Below are positions 9,448 to 18,463 of a stretch of 64,000 nt of DNA, in pieces. Under the pieces are notes generated by a model. The model searched no databases. It saw only the letters and a list, made by a program, of their open reading frames with translations, and was not told the origin of the DNA. Numbering within the stretch: the first letter of the stretch is position 1; each line of letters opens with the position of its first letter. The position numbers were made by a program, and so were the translations under genes. Origin of the DNA: a bacterium (GTDB taxonomy: Bacteria > UBA8248 > JACPRG01 > G963555815); assembly GCA_965261595.1 (NCBI GenBank), contig CBDHDG010000003.1, positions 96,001-160,000 of the forward strand. Direction: 5' to 3'.

Positions 9448-10326
9448 ATGTACGCTCCCGCCTTGGCCTTGTTGAGCGCCGCCCTGATCGGGATAGGAGA
9501 GTTCTGCGCGCACTTCGGCCTGCGGCGCGTCCGGCCCCTGACCGGTGTTTTCCTGGGTACTTGCTATCAGGTGCTGGCCCTGTCCGTGTTCGTCGCGATC
9601 TGGGGGGATTGGGACGTCGGGCCGTGGTGGAGCACGGCGCTGTTTTTCTTGGTCGGGGTCATCCATCCCGGCGCCTACTTCGTCGCGCTGCTGAACGCGA
9701 TTGACCGGCTGGGCCCCGCCCGGGCCATCATGGCTCGCTCCACGTCTCCCTTCTTCGCGGTGGCGTTGGCCGTGCTCTTTCTGGCGGAGCGGCCGGGTTT
9801 TCAGGTGGTTCTGGGACTGGTCCTGATCGTAGGGGGGGTCATGTTTCTGACGAAGGGGAAGGGGGGCAAGGGGACGCGGTCCGGCGATTGGGGCATCGCC
9901 TTGATGGCGGCGTTCTTTTCCGGGCTCGCTCCGGCGGTGACCAAGGCCGCGCTGAACCTGGGGGGGCGGCCGGTCATGGGGGCGCTTTTCGCGGTCATCG
10001 GAGGCATGGTGGCCATCGTCGCCGTCAACACCGTCCTCGAAAGAAAGACCGGGGGGGCGTTCTGGATTCGGAGGATTCCCCGGCCGGCCGTTTGGCTGTT
10101 TCTGCCGATGGGCGTCCTGACGGGTTTGGCCTACATCACTTGGTTCACCGCCCTTTCCGTGGGGTCGGTGTCCGTGGTGGTTCCTCTGGTCCAGTTGTCA
10201 CCGTTGTTCGCCATCGGGATGTCCCGCGTGTTTCTCCGCTCGGAGGAGCGAATCGATCTCCGCCTCCTGATCGCCGCCCTGGTGCTTGTCCTGGGGGCGG
10301 TCCTCGTCTCCCTGGGAAGAACATGA
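9448..10326 (+). CDS. EamA/DMT family transporter (paralog 3)
   Basis: About 10 TM segments; HPG and LGPARAI motifs shared with paralogs 1 and 2. Confidence 0.85.
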   Translation: MYAPALALLSAALIGIGEFCAHFGLRRVRPLTGVFLGTCYQVLALSVFVAIWGDWDVGPWWSTALFFLVGVIHPGAYFVALLNAIDRLGPARAIMARSTSPFFAVALAVLFLAERPGFQVVLGLVLIVGGVMFLTKGKGGKGTRSGDWGIALMAAFFSGLAPAVTKAALNLGGRPVMGALFAVIGGMVAIVAVNTVLERKTGGAFWIRRIPRPAVWLFLPMGVLTGLAYITWFTALSVGSVSVVVPLVQLSPLFAIGMSRVFLRSEERIDLRLLIAALVLVLGAVLVSLGRT

Positions 10327-11888
10327 ATTCCTCGCGCCCTTCACCCTTGCCGTTCTTTGTCCGGGGGGACCTCGACGGTTTCTTCGGTCTCCTCATCGAC
10401 AACCTGGTCAACCTGATGCTCATCGTGAGCCTGTGCACCGGCCTGCTCGGGATGCCGGCGTCCCTGGTGTTCGGCCGCATCCTGCCGGGGGCGGCGGTCT
10501 CGATTCTGCTGGGGAACGTTTTTTACGCATGGCAGGCCCGACGCCTCGCCCGGCGGCTGGGCCGGGACGATCTGACCGCGCTCCCGTACGGCATCAACAC
10601 GGTTACGCTGTTCGCCTTCATCTTCTTCGTCATGCTCCCGGTCTACCGGGCGAGCGGGGACCCGGACCTGGCCTGGCGGGTGGGGATGCTGGCCTGTTTC
10701 ATCAGCGGGGTGGTCGAGCTTCTCGGGGCCTTCGTCGGCGGTTGGATCCGGAAGGTGACGCCCCGGGCGGCCCTGCTTTCCACCCTGGCGGGGATCGCCC
10801 TGACGTTCCTGGCCGTGGAGTTCTCTTTCAAGATTTTCGAATCCCCCCTGGTGGCGATGGTTCCGCTGGGCATCCTCCTCCTCCAGTACCTTTCCCGCGT
10901 CGTTCTTCCCTGGCGGCTTCCGGCGGGACTCTGGGCGGTCCTGGCGGGAACCGCGCTGGCCTGGTCGTTCGGGCAGGGCGGGGAAGGAGGGGAGGGCGCC
11001 GCCGTCGCGGCGGGGTTCTACGCGCCGGTCCCGACGCTCGGCGCCGTCCTCTCGGTCTTCAGCGGCGAGACCCTCCTCCCCCACCTGGCCATCACCGTCC
11101 CCATGGGGGTGATGAGCGTCATCGGCTCGCTGATGAACATCGAGAGCGCCGAGGCCGCCGGCGATTCCTACGACACGCGGTCCTCCCTGGCGGTCAGCGG
11201 GATCGGCAGCGTCGCGGCGTCTCTGCTCGGAAGCTGTTTTCCCACGACGGTTTATATCGGCCATCCCGGGTGGAAGACGATGGGGGCGAGGACGGGCTAT
11301 TCAACGTTGAACGGCGTCGTCATCGCGGTGTTGTGCCTGACCGGGACGGTGGGGTGGGTGTTCCGCGTGATGCCGCTGGAGGCCGCCATCGGCATCCTCG
11401 TCTGGATCGGCGTGGTCATCGTCGCCCAGGCGTTCCAGTCCGTTCCCGGCCGACACGCCCCGGCGGTCGCGATGGGGCTGTTTCCATCCCTGGCGGCTTG
11501 GGGGGTCCTCATCGTCCAGGGGACGTTGGGGCTGGCGGGGACGTCCCTTGCGGCTCTGGGCCAGAAGGCGTTCGGCGGCTCGCTCGCCCTGCGGGGGATG
11601 ATCGTTCTGGAGCGGGGGTTCCTGTTCAGCGCGATGATCCTCTCGGCCATGTCGGTGTTTCTGATCGAGCGGCGGTTCCTGACGGCCGCCGGGTGGGCGA
11701 TTTGCGCGGCGGTGCTGTCCTTCTTCGGCGTGATTCACGCGTTTGAGATCACGGCCGCCGGCGTCGCCTCCAAGTTCGGCTTCGCCGCCGCCCCGCGCGT
11801 CGCCGCCGGTTACTTCCTGATGGCCGCCCTGTTCGCGGGGATTGGGGTGTGGAAGAGGGGGGAACCTTCCGATTTGAATGATTCGTAA
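10323..11888 (+). CDS. NCS2/AzgA-like nucleobase permease
   Basis: GDLDGFFGL..DNL, TALPYGINT, TPRAALLSTLAG, NIESAEAAGD and PTTVYIGHPGWK; ATG overlaps the upstream stop. Confidence 0.88.
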   Translation: MNSSRPSPLPFFVRGDLDGFFGLLIDNLVNLMLIVSLCTGLLGMPASLVFGRILPGAAVSILLGNVFYAWQARRLARRLGRDDLTALPYGINTVTLFAFIFFVMLPVYRASGDPDLAWRVGMLACFISGVVELLGAFVGGWIRKVTPRAALLSTLAGIALTFLAVEFSFKIFESPLVAMVPLGILLLQYLSRVVLPWRLPAGLWAVLAGTALAWSFGQGGEGGEGAAVAAGFYAPVPTLGAVLSVFSGETLLPHLAITVPMGVMSVIGSLMNIESAEAAGDSYDTRSSLAVSGIGSVAASLLGSCFPTTVYIGHPGWKTMGARTGYSTLNGVVIAVLCLTGTVGWVFRVMPLEAAIGILVWIGVVIVAQAFQSVPGRHAPAVAMGLFPSLAAWGVLIVQGTLGLAGTSLAALGQKAFGGSLALRGMIVLERGFLFSAMILSAMSVFLIERRFLTAAGWAICAAVLSFFGVIHAFEITAAGVASKFGFAAAPRVAAGYFLMAALFAGIGVWKRGEPSDLNDS

Positions 11889-12045
11889 CCTGGGTTTCTC
11901 AGAAAGAAAATCTTGAACCTCGGATGGGCGGGTCACTGGTTGGCTTTAGAACCTATCTCAAAATCCCATTTCACACCCCTTGGACCTTTTGTCGTCATTC
12001 CCGTGGACTTACCCCGGTTTCGTGGAGAGTTAAGCACTTGGGTTT

Positions 12046-12897
12046 TCAGGGTGTGCGTTGTTGTCTCCTTTCGTAGTTAACGGGTGACAGGTTGTCGATG
12101 GAGGAGTGCCGACGATGCGGGTTGTAGAAGCCCTCGATGAACCCGAACACCTCCATGCGCGCCTCGGCCCGGGTGCGGAAACTGTGGCGAGCGAGGAGCT
12201 CGCACTCCAGCGTGGCGAAAAAGCTCTCACACAGCGCGTTGTCGTAGCAGTCCCCGACCGAACCCATGGAGGGACGCCCGCCCGCCTGCCGGCAGCGCTG
12301 CCCAAAGGCGACCGAGGTGTACTGCGTGCTGCCCTGGTCGGAGTGGTGGATGACGGCCCGGGGACGGCGCTTATACAGCGCCATGTCGAGCGCGTCGAGC
12401 ACCAACTCGGCCCGCAGGTGTGTGGCCATCGACCACCCCACGATGCGCCGGCTGAACGCATCGAGCGCCACGGCCAGATACAAAAACCCCGCCCATGTCG
12501 GAACGTAGGTGATGTCGGCCACCCACAGCCGGTCGGGGGCCTCGGCCGTGAAGTTGCGGTCCACCAGATCAGGGGCCGGCCGCGCCTCCTGCCGGCGCTG
12601 CGTCGTGCGCGCTCCCTTGCGCCGACTGACGCCCGCAAGTCCCGCCCCACGCATCAGCCTGGCGACGCGCTTGCGGCCCACACGCACTCCCTCAGCCTCC
12701 AGCTCGGCATGGACGCGCGGCACGCCGTAAGTCCCCCGAGAACGCTCGTGGATCGCCTGAATGCGTTTGGTGAGCGCCCGATCGGCACACGAGCGGGCAC
12801 ACGGCGCGCGCCTGCGCCACGCGTAGTAGCCGCTGGAGGAGACGCCCAGCACCCGGCACATGGTGGCGGTCCGATACATGGCCTGGTTCGCCCTCAC
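12046..12897 (-). CDS. IS3 transposase OrfB (DDE integrase core)
   Basis: WVADITY, HHSDQGS and DNALCESFF motifs. Confidence 0.95.
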   Translation of the reverse strand: MRANQAMYRTATMCRVLGVSSSGYYAWRRRAPCARSCADRALTKRIQAIHERSRGTYGVPRVHAELEAEGVRVGRKRVARLMRGAGLAGVSRRKGARTTQRRQEARPAPDLVDRNFTAEAPDRLWVADITYVPTWAGFLYLAVALDAFSRRIVGWSMATHLRAELVLDALDMALYKRRPRAVIHHSDQGSTQYTSVAFGQRCRQAGGRPSMGSVGDCYDNALCESFFATLECELLARHSFRTRAEARMEVFGFIEGFYNPHRRHSSIDNLSPVNYERRQQRTP

Positions 12898-13208
12898 GAA
12901 CCCGTAGATCCGGACGGGATCGAATCGGTTTCCCGAGCAAACCAGGCCGCGGCTTTTGCTAAGATCTCCCGCTCCTGGCGGAGCTGTCGGTTCTCGCGGC
13001 GAAGTCGGCGCAACTCCTCCCGCTCATCGCTCGTGAGCCCGTCTTTGCGACGCCCCTCGTCAACGTCGGCTTGATGGGCCCAGGTGCGGATCGTCTGCGC
13101 CGAGGGCTCGAACTCGTGCGCCAGCGCCTCGGGCGTGCGTCCCGCCCGGACCAACTCTACCATCTGGCAGCGGAACTCCATTGGATAGCGTGGGTGAGTC
13201 TGTGGCAT
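12894..13208 (-). CDS. IS3 transposase OrfA (HTH)
   Basis: MPQTHPRYPMEFR...ELRRLRRENRQLRQEREILAKAAAWFARE. Confidence 0.9.
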   Translation of the reverse strand: MPQTHPRYPMEFRCQMVELVRAGRTPEALAHEFEPSAQTIRTWAHQADVDEGRRKDGLTSDEREELRRLRRENRQLRQEREILAKAAAWFARETDSIPSGSTGS

Positions 13209-13392
13209 CGTGAACACCTCCTTTACCCCCAAATCATCAGGTGTCCACCAAACCGGGTCAACTCCACCTCCCGGCTTCCACCGTTGCAGTTGCAGGATAC
13301 GACCCAATGCCTGTTCAAGCTTTCCAAGAAGAGAGAAAAATAAATCTGTTCCCTTTTTCCACCTGTAGGTTTCTGCTGGCGCGAGACGCCCG

Positions 13393-13977
13393 ATGAGGAT
13401 CGCAATCCTTGGTTGGGGCTCCCTGCTATGGGACCGACGCGCTGAGTTTGACGAACAACGCGAAGGTTGGCAGTGTGATGGCCCCAGCTTAAAGCTTGAG
13501 TTTTCCAGAATCTCAACGACCCGAAGCCGTGCACTGACGCTTGTTCTTGACATGCGCAACGGAGAGTTGTGTCAGGTTGCGTATGCGATCAGCAAGCGCA
13601 AAAGCCCGGATGACGCCATTTGTGATCTACGGTGCCGTGAGGGAACCACACTTGAAAAGATTGGCTCCTATTTTGCCGACGGCTCGCCAAGCCAGAGCCG
13701 CAATGACGAGTCTTTACAGAGCATTCGAGCCTGGGCCGAAAAGAAGAAAGGGAAGAAGATCGACGTCGTTGTCTGGACCGATCTTGAGAGCAACTTCAAA
13801 TGCAAGAGTAAGGATCGTGAACCGTTTTCCATCAAGAGGGCAATTTCTCATGTTCAGGCTCTCGATGCCGAGGGAAAGGCGAAAGCCGCGGAGTATGTAT
13901 GGCGCGCACCAACGTTCATTGACACGCCTCTCCGTAGGGCACTGCAGTCGCAGCCATGGTTTCCCAAACACGGCTGA
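13393..13977 (+). CDS. Hypothetical protein, possible gamma-glutamylcyclotransferase-like fold
   Basis: N-terminal IAILGWGSLLW resembles the GGCT/ChaC 'GYGSL' motif; lower GC than the flanks. Confidence 0.5.
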   Translation: MRIAILGWGSLLWDRRAEFDEQREGWQCDGPSLKLEFSRISTTRSRALTLVLDMRNGELCQVAYAISKRKSPDDAICDLRCREGTTLEKIGSYFADGSPSQSRNDESLQSIRAWAEKKKGKKIDVVVWTDLESNFKCKSKDREPFSIKRAISHVQALDAEGKAKAAEYVWRAPTFIDTPLRRALQSQPWFPKHG

Positions 13978-14068
13978 CATTGAGTTGCACCCGACCGGCC
14001 GCGCTTCCGGCGGAGGCAAAGCTAGACGACGATTGAAGAAGACTGGATACTGAAGTCCCATATCAAGC

Positions 14069-14239
14069 CTACCCCTGCAAGGACTTTTCAGCCTTCCTCC
14101 CGTTCTCAGCCAGCATCTTTGCGACTTCTCCGGCTAGGCCGATCCGGTTGTCATCATAGACGACCAGGGTCTGTAAATCCCGGTGGCGGGAGAAGTGTTG
14201 AACCTTCCGAACGTCCCCGTTGGTCAGGTCCAGGGCTTC
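14069..14239 (-). pseudogene. Tyrosine recombinase/integrase C-terminal relic
   Basis: Manual translation EALDLTNGDVRKVQHFSRHRDLQTLVVYDDNR fits box II with the catalytic Tyr; no N-terminal part. Confidence 0.7.
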
Positions 14240-14498
14240 CGGGGGGGCGGCGATTTTGAATCATGGGGAGGACAGAAAAGCCGAAGACCCCGTCTGCATG
14301 GCTCGGTCTCAGCCCTTGGGTTGATTCTGGCAGCGGAATTTTAATATGGTCCCATTGGGATTTCCGAATTGACAATTCGGTGAAGGTGTCCGATATTATC
14401 AGTGAAACTTTGGTTGACTCAAGAGATTTGTACTTGCTCCCCGCCCGACATGCTGAAAGGCCTCGGGCGGGGTTATTTTTTGGGGGAGGTATCATCAG

Positions 14499-15131
14499 GT
14501 GGCGCAAGAGCCCTCGGTAAAACGTGCGGTGGCCTTCTTTGACGGCCAAAATCTATTCCACGCGGCAAGAGAGGCATTCGGACACCGCCACCCTAATTAT
14601 GATGTTCTTGCTCTCGCGAACACCGTCTGTCAGAACGAGGGCTGGAATCTGGACGAGGTGCGATTCTATACGGGGGTTCCCGACCCAACGGACAACGAAT
14701 TCTGGCATCATTTCTGGGCCGGCAAGCTAGGGGTTATGGGGCGCCAGGGAATCCATGTGTACTCGCGCTCCCTTCGCTACCGGAACAAGACTGTAAGGCT
14801 CAACGACGGTACGAAGCATACATTCCTGTCCGGCGAGGAGAAAGGGATTGATGTCCGTATTGCCCTTGATGTGATCCGCTTGGCTCACAGCCGAAAATAT
14901 GATGTTGCAGTCATTTTCAGCCAGGATCAAGACCTCTCGGAAGTGGCGGCAGAGATTCGCGTAATTGCAAGAGAACAGGACCGCTGGATCAAGATGGCTT
15001 GTGCGTTCCCAGATAGTCCAACGACCCGTAATCGCCGGGGCATTAACGGGACAGACTGGATCAAAATCTCCAGAGCGACCTATGACTCTTGCCTGGATAG
15101 GCGCGACTATCGACCTAAAACCTCACCCTAA
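14499..15131 (+). CDS. NYN-domain (PIN-like) ribonuclease
   Basis: FFDGQNL, EEKGIDVRIALD and FSQDQDL acidic motifs. Confidence 0.92.
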   Translation: MAQEPSVKRAVAFFDGQNLFHAAREAFGHRHPNYDVLALANTVCQNEGWNLDEVRFYTGVPDPTDNEFWHHFWAGKLGVMGRQGIHVYSRSLRYRNKTVRLNDGTKHTFLSGEEKGIDVRIALDVIRLAHSRKYDVAVIFSQDQDLSEVAAEIRVIAREQDRWIKMACAFPDSPTTRNRRGINGTDWIKISRATYDSCLDRRDYRPKTSP

Positions 15132-15430
15132 ATAAACCCGCGTCACGTCCCATTTTCCCCATTTCCTACAACCAACCGAGCCACCCAAATCTGCCTGGTT
15201 GTCATCGGGCACCGTCAGAACCCTCACGTGTATGAGTTCAAGACATTGAGACACAGGGGCCGTTTTTTTGAATTTCTCCAGGGCGGGGACAGGCGCTGGG
15301 GACCCTTCCCCGGCCCCGCAACCTCAAGGCGCTGATGCATCCTCCCAATGAGGGAGGAAAAGGGGGGGCAACCGGCAACCCGAGCGCGGCGGACGCTGGT
15401 ATAATGCCCGGCTGGATCGGAGGAGAGACC

Positions 15431-16048
15431 TTGGCCGACGAGATGGATCGGAAGAATTTTCTCAAGAAGGGCTGGATGGGGCTGATCTCGCCCTTTTTCC
15501 AGGAAGTGGACAAGGAGGACGAATGGTTGCCCCCCGGGGACGCGTTGGAGGCGGGCCGCCTCATGCGGCCGCCGGGGGCGATCCCGGAGCCGGACTTCCT
15601 CGCCGCCTGCCACCAGTGCGGGACGTGCATCGAGGCCTGCCCGGCCGACGCCATCCGGTTCGCCAATGACGGCGAAGACCTTCCGGCCAAGACCCCCGTT
15701 ATCGTCGCGGCGGAGTCGCCCTGCGTGGTCTGCGAATCGCTGGCCTGCATGAGCAAGTGCCCCTCGGGCGCCCTGCTGTCCGTTCCCCGGGAATCCATCG
15801 AGATGGGCATTGCGCAAGTGGACATCGGGGCCTGCCTCGCCTGGAACGGCGACGACGAGGAATGCCGGGTGTGCTTCGACATGTGTCCGTTCAAGGGGAC
15901 CGCCATCACATTCCATGAAAGCGCCGCGGGCGGATTGAACGGGCCGGTGGTTCACGATGAGGCCTGTACGGGGTGCGGGGTGTGCGAGTATTATTGCCCA
16001 GAAGGAAGGATCGCCATCACCGTCGAGCCCAGCCCGAGGGCGGTCTGA
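15431..16048 (+). CDS. NapG/MauM-like polyferredoxin (4Fe-4S)
   Basis: RPPGA..E..FL..CHQCGTCIEACP, CVVCESLACMSKCP, CRVCFDMCP and CTGCGVCEYYCP. Confidence 0.88.
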   Translation: MADEMDRKNFLKKGWMGLISPFFQEVDKEDEWLPPGDALEAGRLMRPPGAIPEPDFLAACHQCGTCIEACPADAIRFANDGEDLPAKTPVIVAAESPCVVCESLACMSKCPSGALLSVPRESIEMGIAQVDIGACLAWNGDDEECRVCFDMCPFKGTAITFHESAAGGLNGPVVHDEACTGCGVCEYYCPEGRIAITVEPSPRAV

Positions 16049-16083
16049 CCTCCCCCCGTTCCCAGAGTGGTTCTCGCGAGCCC

Positions 16084-16345
16084 CAAAACCCAACTTGGCG
16101 GGCGCCCTTCGGGGGGCTGAATGCGAAAGGCCGGGCAAGGGGTCCTCCGACCCGTTGGGTCATCCGACCCGTTGGGTCAACCGACCCAAACGCCCGGTCT
16201 ACCTGTTGGTGAAAAGCTGGATTGGTTAAATGGCGGGGAGGGCGTTCGGGTCGGATGACCCAACAAGCCTGATACCCCACGGTGTCGGACGACCCCTTGC
16301 CCGCCTTTCGAGCCTTCGCGACAACTCTGCCCAAGTTGGTTTCGG
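16084..16345. repeat. Long imperfect palindrome: two inverted copies of a ~115-bp unit
   Basis: Blocks CCAACTTGG, CGAAAGGC(C)GGGCAAGGGGTC.TCCGAC and GTTGGGTCA.CCGACCC.AACGCCC occur on both strands in the same order. Confidence 0.85.
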
Positions 16346-16366
16346 AAACCGGCCGGGGTCGGCCGA

Positions 16367-18088
16367 TCAGGCCGACTCGGACGACGCGGACAGGCTTTTG
16401 AGGGTGAATTCGAACTCCTCGACCAGGTGCCTCATCTCGTCCTTGACCGTGGCGGGGAGTCTCTTCAGCCGATCGCGGGCGTCGGCGAGCGCCTCGGCCG
16501 CGTGCCGCATGCCTTCCTGCCGCTCCCGGTTGTAGGCCTCCATCACTCGCTGAATCGCCGTGCGGATGAAGCCGTGGAATTCGTCCGCGGCCAGCTTGTC
16601 GTGGGTCAGCTCGTAAAAATGCAGGCCGACGATTCCGTGCCGGACGGCTTCGGTGAACCGGGCGGGAAACTTCAAGGCCATCCGGGAAAGGAAGCGGCCG
16701 TAGGCCCAGCCGTACCTGGACGTGGGAATCATCAAGATCGACTTGATGAAGGCCCAGATCCGCTTCAGGGAAAGCGGCGCCGAGGGGAAGGAGATGCCTT
16801 CCAGGTTGCGGAAGAGCGTCTCGACCCGGTGGAAATAGTTCTTCGGCTTCCCGTAGACCTCGAGCAGGACGTTTTTGTACGCGTCGACCAGGACCTTGGA
16901 GTCCTGGACGGTCTTGTAGTTGAAACCGAATTTGAAGGTGTTGTCGCCCACCCCCGGGGCGTTGGCTTCGAGGAGGCGTTTCTCGGCCTTGAACCGGTCG
17001 TACAGGGGGCTGCCCGGAATGGCCGTCAACAGACCCGTCATGGCGACGGGGACGCCCGAGTCCTGGATGAACCGGATGAGGTGCCGGTCGATGTCGAGCG
17101 GGTCGTTGTCGAAGCCGATGATGAATCCCGCCATCACCTCCATGCCGGCCCGCTGGATCGCCCGGACAGACTCCAGGAGGTCTAATTTCACGTTCTGGAG
17201 TTTGCCGGTCTCTCTCAGGCTCGCTTCGATGGGGGTCTCGATCCCCAGGAAAACGCTGTCGAATCCGGCGGCCTTCATGGCGGAGAGCAGACCCGCGTCG
17301 CCGGCCAGGTTGACGCTGGCCTGGGTGTAGAACTGGAAGGGATTTCCGCGCTTTTCCTGCCACTCGATCACGTGCGGCAGGAGCAGCTTGGCGGATTTCT
17401 TGTTGCCGATGAAGTTGTCGTCCACCCAGAACACGCTGCCCCGCCATCCCCGGTTATAGAGCAGGTCGAGCTCCTCGAGCGTCCGCTCGGCCGATTTGTA
17501 CCGGGTGGTCTTGCCGAACAGCGCCGGGATGTCGCAGAACTCGCACTTGAAAGGGCAGCCGCGCGAGATCTGAAGCGCCATCGAGACATAGTCCTTCATG
17601 TTCAGGATGTCGTAGCGGGGAGCGGGGGACGCGCTGATGCCCGGCGATTCGTCATGGAGGTCCAGGATGACCCGCTCCCGGGAGGTGATCAGCAGATCGA
17701 GCGACTCCACGAACCGGGGGCTTTCGGCCTCGCCGAGCACAATGTGCGCGCCGGCGGGCATCTGCTCGTGGGAGGAAGTGGCGTCCGGTCCTCCCACGAC
17801 CGCGGGGACGCCGGCCTGCACGCATCGCTCGACGATCCATTCCACCGAAGGGCGCTGGACCATCATCCCGCCGGTCAGGACCAGGTCGGCCCAATCGAGA
17901 TCCTTCTTCCGCAGTTTTCTGGTGTTGAGATCGACGAGGCGGACGTCGTGCTCCTTCGGCAGCAATGCGGCGACGGTCAACAGGCCCAGGGGGGGATGCG
18001 TCGCCTTGATGCCCAGGAACTTCAACGCCCGCTGATAGCCCCAAAAGGTCTCGGGAAACTCGGGGTAGATCAAAAGAATTCGAGACAT
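16367..18088 (-). CDS. B12-binding domain radical SAM protein (DUF4070-type)
   Basis: PPLGLLTVAALL B12-binding N-terminus, RGCPFKCEFC CxxxCxxC, VDDNFIGN and GFIIGFDND. Confidence 0.92.
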   Translation of the reverse strand: MSRILLIYPEFPETFWGYQRALKFLGIKATHPPLGLLTVAALLPKEHDVRLVDLNTRKLRKKDLDWADLVLTGGMMVQRPSVEWIVERCVQAGVPAVVGGPDATSSHEQMPAGAHIVLGEAESPRFVESLDLLITSRERVILDLHDESPGISASPAPRYDILNMKDYVSMALQISRGCPFKCEFCDIPALFGKTTRYKSAERTLEELDLLYNRGWRGSVFWVDDNFIGNKKSAKLLLPHVIEWQEKRGNPFQFYTQASVNLAGDAGLLSAMKAAGFDSVFLGIETPIEASLRETGKLQNVKLDLLESVRAIQRAGMEVMAGFIIGFDNDPLDIDRHLIRFIQDSGVPVAMTGLLTAIPGSPLYDRFKAEKRLLEANAPGVGDNTFKFGFNYKTVQDSKVLVDAYKNVLLEVYGKPKNYFHRVETLFRNLEGISFPSAPLSLKRIWAFIKSILMIPTSRYGWAYGRFLSRMALKFPARFTEAVRHGIVGLHFYELTHDKLAADEFHGFIRTAIQRVMEAYNRERQEGMRHAAEALADARDRLKRLPATVKDEMRHLVEEFEFTLKSLSASSESA

Positions 18089-18463
18089 GCGACGCTCCTG
18101 TTCCGGGAGATGGACGGAACGCGTGCGCCCCGGCTCCATCTCCGCCACAACCCTCCCACCCTTGAAAATCACGGCGGGAGAGGACGATCAATCGGTTCGT
18201 GTGATGAACGACCCCCGCTCAGACGGAGACCTCGGCCTTTTCTCCCAGCGCCTCGGGCGCCTTAACCGAATGCGCCCGCTTCTCTTCGTAATGGAAATCG
18301 GCCATTACGATAGTTTCCCCTCACATCGATTGTATGGGTCCTTGGAGGAATGTGCAACCGAAAAATACGAACCGCCAGGCCCGGACTCCGGCGGCCCGAT
18401 CCCCGATGCCGCGGCAAGGCGGGACCCGCGTAACTTTCCGTCCCGGCGCGTTGGCGATCCGAA

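Larger units (their letters stand above)
12004..13266 (-). mobile_element. IS3-family insertion sequence
   Basis: Terminal IRs TGGACTTACCCCGGTTTCGTGGAGA and TGTCCACCAAACCGGGTCAACTCCA; orfA plus orfB; no target duplication seen. Confidence 0.93.

Noticed and set aside
9888..10322. N-terminal extension of the 666-aa ORF
   Set aside because: It overlaps the DMT gene; permease similarity begins at the ATG at 10323.
7925..17447. Long antisense or alternate-frame ORFs (e.g. 7925..9226, 10286..11746, 16017..17447)
   Set aside because: Shadow ORFs typical of high-GC DNA; they overlap well-supported genes and have no motifs.
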